This document shows positions 1 to 9,861 of a DNA stretch of 59,480 nucleotides, one piece after another. The DNA comes from Bacteroidales bacterium (lineage in GTDB: Bacteria; Bacteroidota; Bacteroidia; Bacteroidales; UBA4181), in NCBI GenBank assembly GCA_031270985.1, contig JAISWR010000009.1, positions 1 to 59,480 on the forward strand. Direction: 5' to 3'. How positions within the stretch are numbered: position 1 is the stretch's first letter; every line of letters starts with the position of its first letter. The position numbers and the translations under genes were made by a program. A model generated the notes under the pieces. That model was not told the DNA's origin. It saw only the letters and a list, made by a program, of their open reading frames with translations, and searched no databases.

Positions 1-155
1 TGCAATTCGTCGATCACTTCTTTCAGGTCAACGCTGGCGCCTCCTGCTTTCGGCATGACAACGACATTGCCTTTGTCATTGACGGAGAAATAATTCAGTC
101 CCCACCCACCGATGTTATATAATTCCACCGAATCCTCGGTTCTCCATTTTCTCAT
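1..155 (-). CDS. speA: Biosynthetic arginine decarboxylase, first 51 codons only (gene runs off left edge)
   Basis: Too short for the ORF track. Reverse translation from ATG at 155-153 gives MRKWRTEDSVELYNIGGWGLNYFSVNDKGNVVVMPKAGGASVDLKEVIDELQ, open to position 1. This resembles the conserved SpeA N-terminus as I recall it. Confidence 0.6.
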   Translation of the reverse strand, partial: MRKWRTEDSVELYNIGGWGLNYFSVNDKGNVVVMPKAGGASVDLKEVIDEL

Positions 156-638
156 TTCAGACGATGAACATTTCAAAATCAAAGTGCGAAAATAATGAAT
201 GTTGTGTTTCCATCCTACTGTTAGGACGGAATATTTTTTAAAATATTTATATTCATCTGGAAAAACAGCGATATACCGGACATTCTTCCTCTGTTTCCAA
301 CGTATGCAAGGCGTGACTCAATCTTAGTTTCTTTTTGCGGTATCGAAAAATAATCTTTTATTTTCTTACAGAACGTACAACAAAACAGGAAAGCAGGAAA
401 ATTTTATTACTTTGCTTGCCAATACGGATTCTATCGTCCACGTTTTGCAGATTAACGCTTTTGTTGCACGATCCTCGCAGTAATTTGCGTATTTTGGACT
501 GTTTCAAAAGCGACGAACAAACAGTGGTCGAAAGTCACAGATTTTTGGAAAATGCCTGAGGAATGGTCGTTTAATCGGTGCGACAATTTGAAATGTACCT
601 TTTTTTTACAAAATGCGGTTTTTCTCAAAGATATCATG

Positions 639-646
639 TATTTTTG
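639..646 (+). promoter_or_regulatory. Bacteroidota-type -7 box TATTTTTG (TAnnTTTG)
   Basis: Exact TAnnTTTG match 37 nt upstream of the ATG at 683, embedded in TTTTTGCAAAAAAA. Confidence 0.45.
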
Positions 647-682
647 CAAAAAAATGTAAAAATCATTTCTAAAAGAAGCACT

Positions 683-1954
683 ATGTTATACTATTCAAAA
701 GGCTCAAAAGACCATACTTTCTCTCCGGAAGAGCTAAAAAACGCACTGTCGGAAATTTTTGAAAAACTTGGATCGCGTAAAAAAATATTGGTATTGCCGC
801 CGGATTTCACTCGTTTTCACTCCTTTGCAGGAACCATCACCGAGCGGGTGTGGCAATATTACGGTTCGGCGCTGACCGATATATTACCTGCATTAGGGAC
901 GCATACACCCATGACCGACGAAGAAATCCCGCGCATGTTCGGACAAGTGCCCGCAAGTCTGTTCCGGGTGCACGATTGGCGCAATGATGTTGTCACCGTA
1001 GGCACCGTTCCTGCGAAATATATCCGGCAACTGTCAGAAGGAAAGCTGGACTACACGTGGCCTGCGCAAATCAACAAACTGTTGGCACACGGAGAGCATG
1101 ACTTGATTTTGTCCATCGGGCAGGTGGTACCTCACGAAGTCATCGGGATGGCAAACTACAATAAAAACATTTTCGTAGGTACCGGCGGGGCGGAAGGCAT
1201 CAACAAAAGCCATTTTATCGGGGCGGTGTACGGCATGGAACGCATTATGGGACGCGCCGAATCGCCCGTGCGCAGTGTGATGAACTACGCTTCGGAACAT
1301 TTCACCAATCACCTGCCCATCGTGTACATACAGACAGTGGTGAGCAAGGACGCAACAGGTAAACTGCAAATACGCGGGTTGTATGCGGGCGACGATTTCG
1401 AATGTTTCCGTCAAGCTGCCGCTCTCTCGCTCGAAACTAACTTCCTGATGGTGGACAAACCCATCAAAAAGGCGGTGGTGTGGCTTGACCCCGAAGAATT
1501 TAAAAGCACGTGGCTGGGCAACAAGAGCGTGTACCGCACCCGTATGGCGCTTGCCGACGGTGCGGAACTTCTGGTGCTGGCGCCGGGATTGAAAGAATTT
1601 GGCGAGGACAGGGAGATAGACCGGCTCATCCGCAAATACGGCTACGCCGGAACGCCACATACCCTTGAAGCGGTGGAAAAAAATCAGGATTTGCGTGACA
1701 ATCTCGGTGCGGCGGCTCATTTGATACACGGATCCAGCGAAGGACGCTTCACTGTGACCTATTGCCCGGGCAAACTGTCCCGACACGAAATAGAAAGCGT
1801 ACATTTTCGCTATGCGCCGCTTGCCGAAACACTGAAACGCTACGATCCGCAAAAACTCGTTGACGGACTCAACACCTTACCCGACGGAGAAGAGGTGTTC
1901 TTCATCTCCAATCCTGCATTGGGGTTGTGGGCGCATCCGGACAGATTCAGGTAA
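683..1954 (+). CDS. LarA/DUF2088-like (lactate racemase domain) protein, 423 aa
   Basis: ORF 578..1954. The plausible start is ATG 683 (MLYYSKGSKD), downstream of the -7 box. Segments such as ILVLPPDFTRFHS, GTHTPMT and LILSIGQVVPHEVIGMANYNKN resemble LarA-superfamily proteins. No larB/C/E is present in the window. Confidence 0.55.
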   Translation: MLYYSKGSKDHTFSPEELKNALSEIFEKLGSRKKILVLPPDFTRFHSFAGTITERVWQYYGSALTDILPALGTHTPMTDEEIPRMFGQVPASLFRVHDWRNDVVTVGTVPAKYIRQLSEGKLDYTWPAQINKLLAHGEHDLILSIGQVVPHEVIGMANYNKNIFVGTGGAEGINKSHFIGAVYGMERIMGRAESPVRSVMNYASEHFTNHLPIVYIQTVVSKDATGKLQIRGLYAGDDFECFRQAAALSLETNFLMVDKPIKKAVVWLDPEEFKSTWLGNKSVYRTRMALADGAELLVLAPGLKEFGEDREIDRLIRKYGYAGTPHTLEAVEKNQDLRDNLGAAAHLIHGSSEGRFTVTYCPGKLSRHEIESVHFRYAPLAETLKRYDPQKLVDGLNTLPDGEEVFFISNPALGLWAHPDRFR

Positions 1955-1974
1955 GTGATGAAAAATTTTTAACC

Positions 1975-2012
1975 ATCAACGGGAATTTCCGCTAACCGGA
2001 AACTCCATTGAT
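1975..2012 (+). terminator. Imperfect hairpin after the LarA-like gene in a convergent gap
   Basis: ATCAA(1975-79)/TTGAT(2008-12) plus an inner TTTCCG(1986-91)/CGGAAA(1997-2002) stem with a 5-nt loop. No clear T-run follows. Confidence 0.3.
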
Positions 2013-2188
2013 GTCCTAAAGACAGGGTATTATTTGGTGCTGGCGCCCGACAGGATAATGTCACTCGGTTTCAACATCTCGTATGCTTCGAGCGTAAAAG
2101 CGCTGCTAACAGGCTGTCCATCTTTTGTGAAACCGACTGTTGAGGGAATGTCTATAATAAAAATAATTACTGAATGGCGAAATCGGCA

Positions 2189-2797
2189 TCATTTTACGCA
2201 AAAATCCAGCACAGGCAGCTCTTCCAGATATGCTTGCAAACGATCGCCGATGCGCACGGGACCGACCCCTGCAGGAGTACCGGTAAAGATGAGGTCTCCC
2301 GTTTTCAAGGTAAAGTATTCCGACACGCGTGCAATGATTTGGTCAACGGGAAAAATCATGTCGCGGGTGTTGCCTTGCTGTACGGTCTTTCCGTTTAAGT
2401 TGAGATGGAAACTGAGGTTTTGGGACGGCAGTTTGTTTTTGGATATCCACTTGCCCACAGGCGCCGACCCGTCAAACGCTTTGGCAATGTCCCAAGGCAA
2501 GCCTTGCTCTTTGCACCGCTGCTGAATGTCGCGTGCCGTAAAGTCAATACCGACAGTGACTTCGGAATAATATCCGCCGGCAAATCGAGGCAAAATACAC
2601 TTGCCCATCCGGTCAATTTTGACCACTATTTCCGTTTCGTAGTGGATTTCTTTGGAAAAGTCGGGGTAAAAAAACGGACGGTTACGGAGCAACAGCGCCG
2701 TTTCGGGTTTGGCAAAAATCACAAGTTCAGCCGGCAGTACGTTTTCCATTTCCGCCACATGCAACGGATAATTCATCCCTACCGCCAGAATTTTCAT
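2189..2797 (-). CDS. Fumarylacetoacetate hydrolase (FAH) family protein, 202 aa
   Basis: ORF 2189..2914. The likely start is ATG 2797 (MKILAVGMNY), which forms an ATGA overlap with the pyrI stop. Motifs PFFYPDFSKEIHYETEIVV, VGIDFTARD and GDLIFTGTPAGVGPV are typical of the FAH fold. Confidence 0.75.
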   Translation of the reverse strand: MKILAVGMNYPLHVAEMENVLPAELVIFAKPETALLLRNRPFFYPDFSKEIHYETEIVVKIDRMGKCILPRFAGGYYSEVTVGIDFTARDIQQRCKEQGLPWDIAKAFDGSAPVGKWISKNKLPSQNLSFHLNLNGKTVQQGNTRDMIFPVDQIIARVSEYFTLKTGDLIFTGTPAGVGPVRIGDRLQAYLEELPVLDFCVK

Positions 2798-3258
2798 AAA
2801 ATAATCATTTGTTCCTGTTCCACTATCCGTTCGCAATAATGGCATTTGAGCGAAACAGGCTTTTTGGCAACCACATAAAATTTTGTTATCATGGGTTCGT
2901 TGTTGGTGATACATTTTGGATTAACGCATCGCACAATGCCCGATACATCGTCTGGAACATCTACCACGCGCTTTTCCACCACTTTATAGTCGCAGATGGT
3001 GTTCAACTTGGCTTCCGGCGCCACCAATGCTATCTTGTTGACTTCCTTGTTGTCGAAAAACTTGTCGGCAATTTTGATAATTGCTTTCTTTCCCAGTTTT
3101 TTGCTGTCCAAATTGTTGCCGAATGTCACCTGCGACAGAATTTTGTCCAGCCCGAGTATAGAAATCACCTTAAAGAGACTTTCGGGCGGGATGTGGTCAA
3201 TTACCGTACCGGACTTAATGGCGTTTACTACAAATTCTTCTTTTTTCAATTCGTTCAT
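2794..3258 (-). CDS. pyrI: Aspartate carbamoyltransferase regulatory subunit, 154 aa
   Basis: From ATG 3258: MNELKKEEFVVNAIKSGTVIDHIP ... CVNPKCITNNEP ... LKCHYCERIV. This shows the AIK.GTVIDHI motif and the C-terminal 4-Cys zinc domain, as in E. coli PyrI. Confidence 0.85.
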   Translation of the reverse strand: MNELKKEEFVVNAIKSGTVIDHIPPESLFKVISILGLDKILSQVTFGNNLDSKKLGKKAIIKIADKFFDNKEVNKIALVAPEAKLNTICDYKVVEKRVVDVPDDVSGIVRCVNPKCITNNEPMITKFYVVAKKPVSLKCHYCERIVEQEQMIIL

Positions 3259-3307
3259 GATAAAAATTTTATTTATTCTCTGCCACTTAGGACGCAACCG
3301 GATGCGT

Positions 3308-4654
3308 TCAAATTCCCGTGTAATTGAACGGTGTGATTTGTTTCAGTTCGATTTTTATGGCAGGCGACACATCCAGCGTGTCAATAAATGTGTCAATGTC
3401 TTGCCGGCTGATGGCTTCGCCTGTGCGTGTAAGGGCTTTCAACGCTTCGTAGGGTTTGGGGTAGCCTTCGCGGCGAAGGACAGTTTGTATGCCTTCGCTC
3501 ACCACGATCCAGTTGCGTGCAAGATCGGTTTCCAGCGCAGGAGGATTCACAATGAGTTTGTCCAATCCTCTAAGCAGAGAGGTAAAGGAGATGAGGATGT
3601 GCGCCATCGGAATGCCCAGGTTGCGCAGGACGGTGGAGTCTGTAAGGTCGCGTTGCAGGCGCGATATGGGCAGTTTGCCTGCCAAATGTTCCAGCAGAGC
3701 GTTGGCAATGCCCAGGTTTCCTTCGGCATTTTCAAAGTCAATTGGATTCACTTTGTGCGGCATGGCGGATGATCCTATTTCCGTGCCGACAATCTTTTGT
3801 TTGAAATAGTTCTGGGAGATGTACGTCCACATGTCGCGACACAAGTCGATCAGTATGTTGTTGATGCGTTTGAAGGCGTCGCATTGGGCGGCGATGTTGT
3901 CGTAATGTTCTATTTGCGTGGTGGTTTGGCTTCGTTTCAAGCCCAGCATCCCGTCCACAAAATCGTCGGCAAAGGTTTTCCAGTCCACATCGGGATACGC
4001 GACATGGTGTGCGTTGAAATTTCCCGTTGCGCCTCCGAATTTGGCGGAGAACGGAATGGCTGTGAGTTGTGCGAACTGCATTTCGAGTCTTTCGACAAAA
4101 ACAGATATTTCCTTGCCCAACCGCGTAGGCGAAGCCGGTTGTCCGTGCGTACGCGCCAACATGGGAACGGCGCTGCATGAAGCGGAAAGATTTTTCAACC
4201 GCGCCAGCACGTTCTTAAAGCAGGGAATATATACCTGTTCCGTTGCTTCCTTGTGTAACAGCGGAATAGAGGTATTGTTGATGTCCTGCGAAGTCAATCC
4301 GAAATGGATGAATTCGCTGTACGCGGCAAGTCCCAACTGTTGAAATATTTCTTTCAGGTAGTACTCCACTGCTTTAACGTCGTGATTGACCTCTTTTTCA
4401 ATCGTTTTTACGCGGAAGGCTTCCATTGCGTTGTAGCGGCTGCAATAAACATCACGCAACGCTTTGCATTTCGATGTGTTGAGACTCTGTAATTGCGGCA
4501 ACGGCAAGGAACGCAACGCAATAAAATATTCTATCTCTACCCTGATGCGATAACGGATGAGGGCATATTCGGAATAATAATTTACCAGCGGATGGGTTAT
4601 GCTGTAATACCGACCGTCAACAGGCGAAATGGCGAAAAGGTGATCCACGTCCAC
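3308..4654 (-). CDS. purB: Adenylosuccinate lyase, 448 aa, probable GTG start
   Basis: ORF 3308..4789, but its first 45 codons overlap the skp gene end. GTG at 4654 (V)DVDHLFAISPVDGRY matches the usual PurB N-terminus spacing. The lyase signature GSSAMPHKVNP is present. Confidence 0.85.
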   Translation of the reverse strand: MDVDHLFAISPVDGRYYSITHPLVNYYSEYALIRYRIRVEIEYFIALRSLPLPQLQSLNTSKCKALRDVYCSRYNAMEAFRVKTIEKEVNHDVKAVEYYLKEIFQQLGLAAYSEFIHFGLTSQDINNTSIPLLHKEATEQVYIPCFKNVLARLKNLSASCSAVPMLARTHGQPASPTRLGKEISVFVERLEMQFAQLTAIPFSAKFGGATGNFNAHHVAYPDVDWKTFADDFVDGMLGLKRSQTTTQIEHYDNIAAQCDAFKRINNILIDLCRDMWTYISQNYFKQKIVGTEIGSSAMPHKVNPIDFENAEGNLGIANALLEHLAGKLPISRLQRDLTDSTVLRNLGIPMAHILISFTSLLRGLDKLIVNPPALETDLARNWIVVSEGIQTVLRREGYPKPYEALKALTRTGEAISRQDIDTFIDTLDVSPAIKIELKQITPFNYTGI

Positions 4655-4664
4655 TCCACGCGTA

Positions 4665-5183
4665 TTATTTTTTGATACCCAGGTATTGCTGTACCAGCGG
4701 CAATATGTCCTGCGAGTCGGCAGATTTGAAATAGAGCGATTGCGCTTCCAGCACATAGGTGATGGCATGTTCTTTCGCCACTGCTTCAATGGCTTTGTTG
4801 GCTTTTTCCCTCACCGGTTGCATCTGTTTGGCATTTTCCTGCTGGAGTGCCTCAACGGATGATTCCTGAAATGTCTGAAGTCTTTGTTGCATCGCGTTGA
4901 TTTCCTGCTCTCTGGATGTCTTTAACAAATCCGTCCAATTTTTTTGATTGTTCAGGTAATCGTCATATTTTCGCCTCAATTCCACCTGTATTTGCTCATA
5001 TTCGGCTTCCATCTCCTTTTGTATTTTTTGCAATTTTACGATAGCCGAATCGTACTCAGGCATGGACTGCATCAGTTCTTGACTGTCAATATGCGCCAAT
5101 TTCAGCGTTTTTTGCTGTGCGCCGACGCCGGCACAAAAAGCGGCAAGGGCTATTGCCGACACGATCTTCATAATGGTTTTCAT
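4665..5183 (-). CDS. OmpH/Skp family periplasmic chaperone
   Basis: Start ATG 5183 (MKTIMKIVSAIALAAFCAGVGAQ signal peptide). Lys/Glu/Gln-rich helical body. Located downstream of bamA as in other Bacteroidota. Confidence 0.75.
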   Translation of the reverse strand: MKTIMKIVSAIALAAFCAGVGAQQKTLKLAHIDSQELMQSMPEYDSAIVKLQKIQKEMEAEYEQIQVELRRKYDDYLNNQKNWTDLLKTSREQEINAMQQRLQTFQESSVEALQQENAKQMQPVREKANKAIEAVAKEHAITYVLEAQSLYFKSADSQDILPLVQQYLGIKK

Positions 5184-5222
5184 ATTTTTATCATTCATTA
5201 AAATTTTGTGCAAAAATAATCA

Positions 5223-5738
5223 TTAATTTTTATATCCCAATTTTTCCAGCACTTCGTCGCTACGATCCTGTTTCGGGTTGGCATACAGTACGCTGGCGTC
5301 GGCAGCCGTATCGAAAATTGCCGCATAGCCTCCTTCCACCGCAAGTTCTTTCACCGCGCGATATACCTCGTCCTGTATGGGTTTCACCAATTCCTGCTGT
5401 TTTTTCGCCAATTCTCCGTCGGCGCCAAAATATTTTTTTTGCAGGTCTTTCACGGTCTGCTCTTTTGTGAGAATTTCGCTTTCACGTTTTTTACGCATAT
5501 CTTCGGACAACATCACTTTTTCCGCCTGATAGTTTTTGAACAGTTTTTCTATCTCGGCATATTGTCCCTCGATTTCTTTTTGCCATTCTCCGGACAGTTT
5601 TTCTATCTGTCCCTGAGCCGATTTATACGCGGGTATATTGTTCAGGATATACTCGCTATCCACAAAGGCGAACTTCTGAGCCATTGCAGGGATGGCGCTC
5701 ATCGCTGCCAGTATCAATACAGTTATTATTCTTTTCAT
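5223..5738 (-). CDS. OmpH/Skp family periplasmic chaperone (second paralog)
   Basis: MKRIITVLILAAMSAIPAMAQ signal peptide with Skp-like coiled-coil composition. Lies immediately downstream of bamA. Confidence 0.75.
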   Translation of the reverse strand: MKRIITVLILAAMSAIPAMAQKFAFVDSEYILNNIPAYKSAQGQIEKLSGEWQKEIEGQYAEIEKLFKNYQAEKVMLSEDMRKKRESEILTKEQTVKDLQKKYFGADGELAKKQQELVKPIQDEVYRAVKELAVEGGYAAIFDTAADASVLYANPKQDRSDEVLEKLGYKN

Positions 5739-5791
5739 CGTTTTTTTTTTTAATTATATAACATCTTTTTTAATTATTTGCCTGTTCATGT

Positions 5792-8314
5792 TTAAAACTG
5801 CTGTCCCATGATGAACTGGAACTCGCCTTTTTTGCCGCCGCCGGGCACTGCGTCGAAGCCGTAGCCCCAGTCGATCCCCAACAATCCGAACATCGGGAGG
5901 AATGCGCGAACGCCGATACCTGCCGTGCGTTTCAGATTGAACGGATGGTAATCCTTGAATTCGTACCATGCGTTGCCTACTTCGGCAAAACCTACCAGAT
6001 AGATAGTGGACGACGGCTGCATGATGACCGGATAGCGCAACTCCATGTTCGCTTTGGTGTAAATATTTGCCTTACTGTAATATTCATCCACGCGGGGTGT
6101 CAAAGCGCCGTCCGTATATCCTCTCATAGGTACAATTTCTATGCCATGAATTTGGTACTGACCCATGCCCGAACCTCCCATGTCGAATCCTTCATAGGGT
6201 GAATAACTCACATCCTTGTTGAAATACCCCAGATATCCGAACTGGTAGTTGGTTGCCAGCACCATCTTATCTACTACATTCAAATACCATGCCGCTTTGA
6301 AAATCCACTTGTGGTATTCGATCCATTTGTATTTTTCGGATACTTTCGCCGATTTGTAATTGACATCGTTGAAAGCCGACCACGGCGGGGTGATGTGCAG
6401 GCTCAGGGAAACGTTTGAGCCTCTGCGCGGGTATATTGTTTGATCCTGCGAGTTGCGTCCCAGCGTGATACCGAGGTTGAAGTTGTTGGATGTGCCGTTG
6501 CTGAACGGAAGGCTGTAATAGCCGCCGCTACGGGGCCAGTCTTGCACTTTGTAGCGCATGTAGGTAAGTTCTGTGGACAGGGAAAACCAATCGTCGGGCC
6601 ATTTCAGCATTTTGCCCAATCCGATGGTGACGCCCGATGTTTTGTAATATTGGCTGGCTCCTTCGGTGCTCCAGTAATAACTTTGGTTGGTGATTTTCGA
6701 ATGATAGAGTGAAATGGAGAAAGAATTGCGTTTTTTCCCGCCCAGCCATGGTTCTATAAAGGTGATGTTGTAAGATTGGTAATATTTGCCGTTGGATTGG
6801 ACGGAGAGTCCGAGCGTTTGTCCGTCGCCCGAAGGGACGGGACGCCACGATTTGAGGTCGAAGATGCGACCGGCGGCAAAATTGTTGAACCTTACGCCCA
6901 CCCTGCCGATGAACATGCCGCCGCCGAAACCTGCCGACAGTTCCAACTGGTCGTTGGCTTTCTCGGTGAGGTTGTACACCACGTCCACTGTGCCATTCTG
7001 CGGTTTCGGCTGTATGTCGATATCCGTTCCCAATTTTTCGGGGTCGAAATGTCCCAGATTCGCCAACTCGCGGATGTCGCGGATGATGAGGTCTTTGCTG
7101 TACAAATCGCCCGGATGCACGCGCAGTTCTCTGCGTGCCACATGTTCATTGGTTTTGTAGTTGCCTTTGATGACGACGCGGTCAATGGTTGCCTGTTCGC
7201 CTTCAAACACGCGCATTTCCACGTCCACCGAATCGTTCTCCACATGCAATTCCACCGGAGTGATGGATGAGAACAGGTAACCGTTGTTCTGGTACGTTGC
7301 ACTCACTGCATCCTCGTCGAAGAGCAAGCGTTTGTTCAATCCTACCTGATCGTAGATGTCGCCTTTATTGTAGCCCAGCAAGCGCTGCAGGTATTCGGTC
7401 GGGTATTTGGTGTTGCCTACCCATGTGATGTTCCGGAAATAGTATTTTCCGCCTTCGCTTATCCTCACGTGTAGCACCACACGTTTGTCATTGACAAAGG
7501 TGATGGAATCATTCAGGATTTTAAAATCACGGTATCCGTTTTTGTTGTAAAATTCCGCAAGGTTGCTTCTGTCTTCTTTGAGGTTTGCGATTACGTATTT
7601 TTTGGATTTAAAGATGTTGAGATTCCATTTCAGTTGTTTGGTTTTCTTCATCACGCGCCGCAATCTCCTGTCTTTGAAGACGGAGTTGTCCATAAAATCT
7701 ATTTCGGCAATTTTCACTTTGGAATGTTTGTCAATTATCACCCGCAATGCCGCCCTGTTGGTTATCGCTGTGTCCTGTTTTTGGACAAAATCAACGGACA
7801 CGTTGTAATAGCCTTTGTCTCTATAATGTTTGGTGATGATGGTTTTGATGTTGTTGAGGACGTTTTCCGTGAGTTGGCTGCCTGCTTTTACGTTGATTTT
7901 TTCCGTCAGGTCTTTTACTTCTCCTTTTCGCACGCCTTCAATGGTAATTTTTGACAGGCGGGAACGTTCGCGCAGGACGATTTCAAAGAAAATCACGTTG
8001 CCTTCGATTTTTTTGGCAATGACGTTCACATAGGAAAACAGTCCCTGTTCCCAGAATTTATCCATGACTTTGGTGACGTCATCGCCCGGGACGATGATTT
8101 TTTGCCCTGTTTCCAATCCCGACATGCTCGCCAGCACGTTGGCGTCAATAAATTTCACGCCGGTAACCGTGACTCCGCCGATGATGTATTCCTGTTGGTT
8201 GGAATAGTCCATTACGGGCAGGTCGGCATAATCTGCCGGTGGTTCCTGTCCGAATATTTTCGGGGCAAGCGTACAAGATGCAGCAATGATACCAAGTATT
8301 ATTTTCCGCAGCAT
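5792..8314 (-). CDS. bamA: Outer membrane protein assembly factor BamA (Omp85)
   Basis: ORF 5792..8338. ATG 8314 (MLRKIILGIIAASCTLAPKIFGQ) avoids overlap with uppS. Shows POTRA-like repeats, a C-terminal barrel with the PMRGY loop-6 motif, and ends in ...IMGQQF. Confidence 0.85.
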   Translation of the reverse strand: MLRKIILGIIAASCTLAPKIFGQEPPADYADLPVMDYSNQQEYIIGGVTVTGVKFIDANVLASMSGLETGQKIIVPGDDVTKVMDKFWEQGLFSYVNVIAKKIEGNVIFFEIVLRERSRLSKITIEGVRKGEVKDLTEKINVKAGSQLTENVLNNIKTIITKHYRDKGYYNVSVDFVQKQDTAITNRAALRVIIDKHSKVKIAEIDFMDNSVFKDRRLRRVMKKTKQLKWNLNIFKSKKYVIANLKEDRSNLAEFYNKNGYRDFKILNDSITFVNDKRVVLHVRISEGGKYYFRNITWVGNTKYPTEYLQRLLGYNKGDIYDQVGLNKRLLFDEDAVSATYQNNGYLFSSITPVELHVENDSVDVEMRVFEGEQATIDRVVIKGNYKTNEHVARRELRVHPGDLYSKDLIIRDIRELANLGHFDPEKLGTDIDIQPKPQNGTVDVVYNLTEKANDQLELSAGFGGGMFIGRVGVRFNNFAAGRIFDLKSWRPVPSGDGQTLGLSVQSNGKYYQSYNITFIEPWLGGKKRNSFSISLYHSKITNQSYYWSTEGASQYYKTSGVTIGLGKMLKWPDDWFSLSTELTYMRYKVQDWPRSGGYYSLPFSNGTSNNFNLGITLGRNSQDQTIYPRRGSNVSLSLHITPPWSAFNDVNYKSAKVSEKYKWIEYHKWIFKAAWYLNVVDKMVLATNYQFGYLGYFNKDVSYSPYEGFDMGGSGMGQYQIHGIEIVPMRGYTDGALTPRVDEYYSKANIYTKANMELRYPVIMQPSSTIYLVGFAEVGNAWYEFKDYHPFNLKRTAGIGVRAFLPMFGLLGIDWGYGFDAVPGGGKKGEFQFIMGQQF

Positions 8315-8315
8315 G

Positions 8316-9080
8316 TTATTGGATTTGTGAAGGTTCATATTGATTTAACTGTTCGCCGGTTTTTCCGAAACGACGTTCCCGTTGCTGGAAATCCACGATG
8401 GCACGGTAAAAATCTTCTTTTTTGAAATCCGGCCACAGCAGCGGCGTAAAATACAGTTCGGAATATGCTATTTGCCAGAGCAGGAAATTGCTGATGCGGT
8501 ATTCGCCGCCGGTTCGGATCAGCAGTTCGGGGTCGGGCATGTCGTGCGTGTTCAGGTAAGCGGAAAAAAGCGCTTCGGTCACCGGCTGTCCGTTCAGTTT
8601 GCCTGCTTCGGCATTGGTTTTTATACGGCCGACGGCATCCATGATTTCCCATCTGCCGCTATAGTTGAGCGCCAGCACAAGTTTCAACCCCGTATTGTTT
8701 GCGGTTTTCTTCATTACTGTTTCCAATTGCCGTACCACATCTTTGTCCAGTCCTTCCATATCTCCGATTGCCGTCAATTTGATATTGTTTTTTTGCAATG
8801 CGGGCATTTCGTCATTCAGCGACGACACCAGCAGCGACATGAGCACGTCCACCTCCATGCGGGGACGTTGCCAATTTTCCGTTGAAAAAGTATACAGCGT
8901 GAGGAAACCTATGCCTGCTTCCGCAGCCGCCTCCACCGTTTCCCGCACCGCTTGAATGCCGTTACGGTGTCCGAAAATCCGTTGATTGCCTTTTTGTTTT
9001 GCCCATCTGCCGTTGCCGTCCATAATGACGGCGACATGCACAGGCAATTTGCCTTTATCTATTTTTTCTTTATATGTCAT
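8316..9080 (-). CDS. uppS: Isoprenyl transferase (undecaprenyl diphosphate synthase)
   Basis: HVAVIMDGNGRWA, FSTENWQRP and ELLIRTGGEYRISNFLLWQIAYSELYF are canonical cis-prenyltransferase motifs. Confidence 0.9.
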   Translation of the reverse strand: MTYKEKIDKGKLPVHVAVIMDGNGRWAKQKGNQRIFGHRNGIQAVRETVEAAAEAGIGFLTLYTFSTENWQRPRMEVDVLMSLLVSSLNDEMPALQKNNIKLTAIGDMEGLDKDVVRQLETVMKKTANNTGLKLVLALNYSGRWEIMDAVGRIKTNAEAGKLNGQPVTEALFSAYLNTHDMPDPELLIRTGGEYRISNFLLWQIAYSELYFTPLLWPDFKKEDFYRAIVDFQQRERRFGKTGEQLNQYEPSQIQ

Positions 9081-9808
9081 TTATATCTAATCGGTTGCGT
9101 ATATGCGGGACACGCAAAACTTTCCTCAAAGATACGAAAAGTTATGAAAATCCCAATAAACGAACACCAATCATTATTATGACCGACGGCATAAGTACCG
9201 GGGTTGACAACGCCGTCTATTTTATCGGTAAAAGTTTTCCGCATTCCCCATTCGCAACCTACCCCGATGGCGGGATTGATTTGGTATTTGTAGCCTGCTC
9301 CGAAAGGAATGGTCATGTGTCCCGAATTGATGTCGTTCACCGTGGATTTCAAAATAACTGCATAGCCAAGCCCGAAGAAAATGTACGGCGTGTGTGCAGT
9401 GGGATGTTCGCGATTGAAGGTGAACGGGAGAAAATTAAATTCATATCCTATGTGCAAATCTATCAGTGAAGTGCTGAAATTTTGCTGTCTGTCTTGCTGG
9501 AAAGCGTTTTTGAAATCCAGATCGTTGCCCTTGAAACTGCCGTAGTATGCGCTTGCCCGCAAGCAGTGGTGTTCGTTAAAATTGTGTTTCAACAATGCGC
9601 CAACCGATATGCCGGGCGCGTAAAACTGTTTGCGAGGATTGATGTCACCCAAATAATACGATGTGCCGCCGAACAGGCCGAAATCCGAACGTTTGTGGAA
9701 TTCCCCTCCTCCGGCAGCATTGGCACAGCACAGCAATCCTGCTGCATAAGCCATGATATATCCGATTGTCCTCAATCTCCCAACATTTTTTGGCGTGAAT
9801 CCATACAT
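9077..9808 (-). CDS. DUF6089-like outer-membrane beta-barrel protein
   Basis: Signal-peptide-like N-terminus, an alternating aromatic/Gly strand pattern, and an aromatic-rich C-terminus. It has an ATGA overlap with the uppS start. The position upstream of uppS-bamA matches DUF6089 genes as I recall them. Confidence 0.5.
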   Translation of the reverse strand: MYGFTPKNVGRLRTIGYIMAYAAGLLCCANAAGGGEFHKRSDFGLFGGTSYYLGDINPRKQFYAPGISVGALLKHNFNEHHCLRASAYYGSFKGNDLDFKNAFQQDRQQNFSTSLIDLHIGYEFNFLPFTFNREHPTAHTPYIFFGLGYAVILKSTVNDINSGHMTIPFGAGYKYQINPAIGVGCEWGMRKTFTDKIDGVVNPGTYAVGHNNDWCSFIGIFITFRIFEESFACPAYTQPIRYK

Positions 9809-9861
9809 ACAAAACGAAACGTAACTATGCCCTCTTTTATTATCCTCAACCGTTTTTTCTG

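Noticed and set aside
1034-1852. 272-aa minus-strand ORF inside the LarA-like gene
   Set aside because: It is fully antisense to a gene with clear family motifs. The product is Arg/His/Phe-rich with no recognisable features, which is typical of a shadow ORF.
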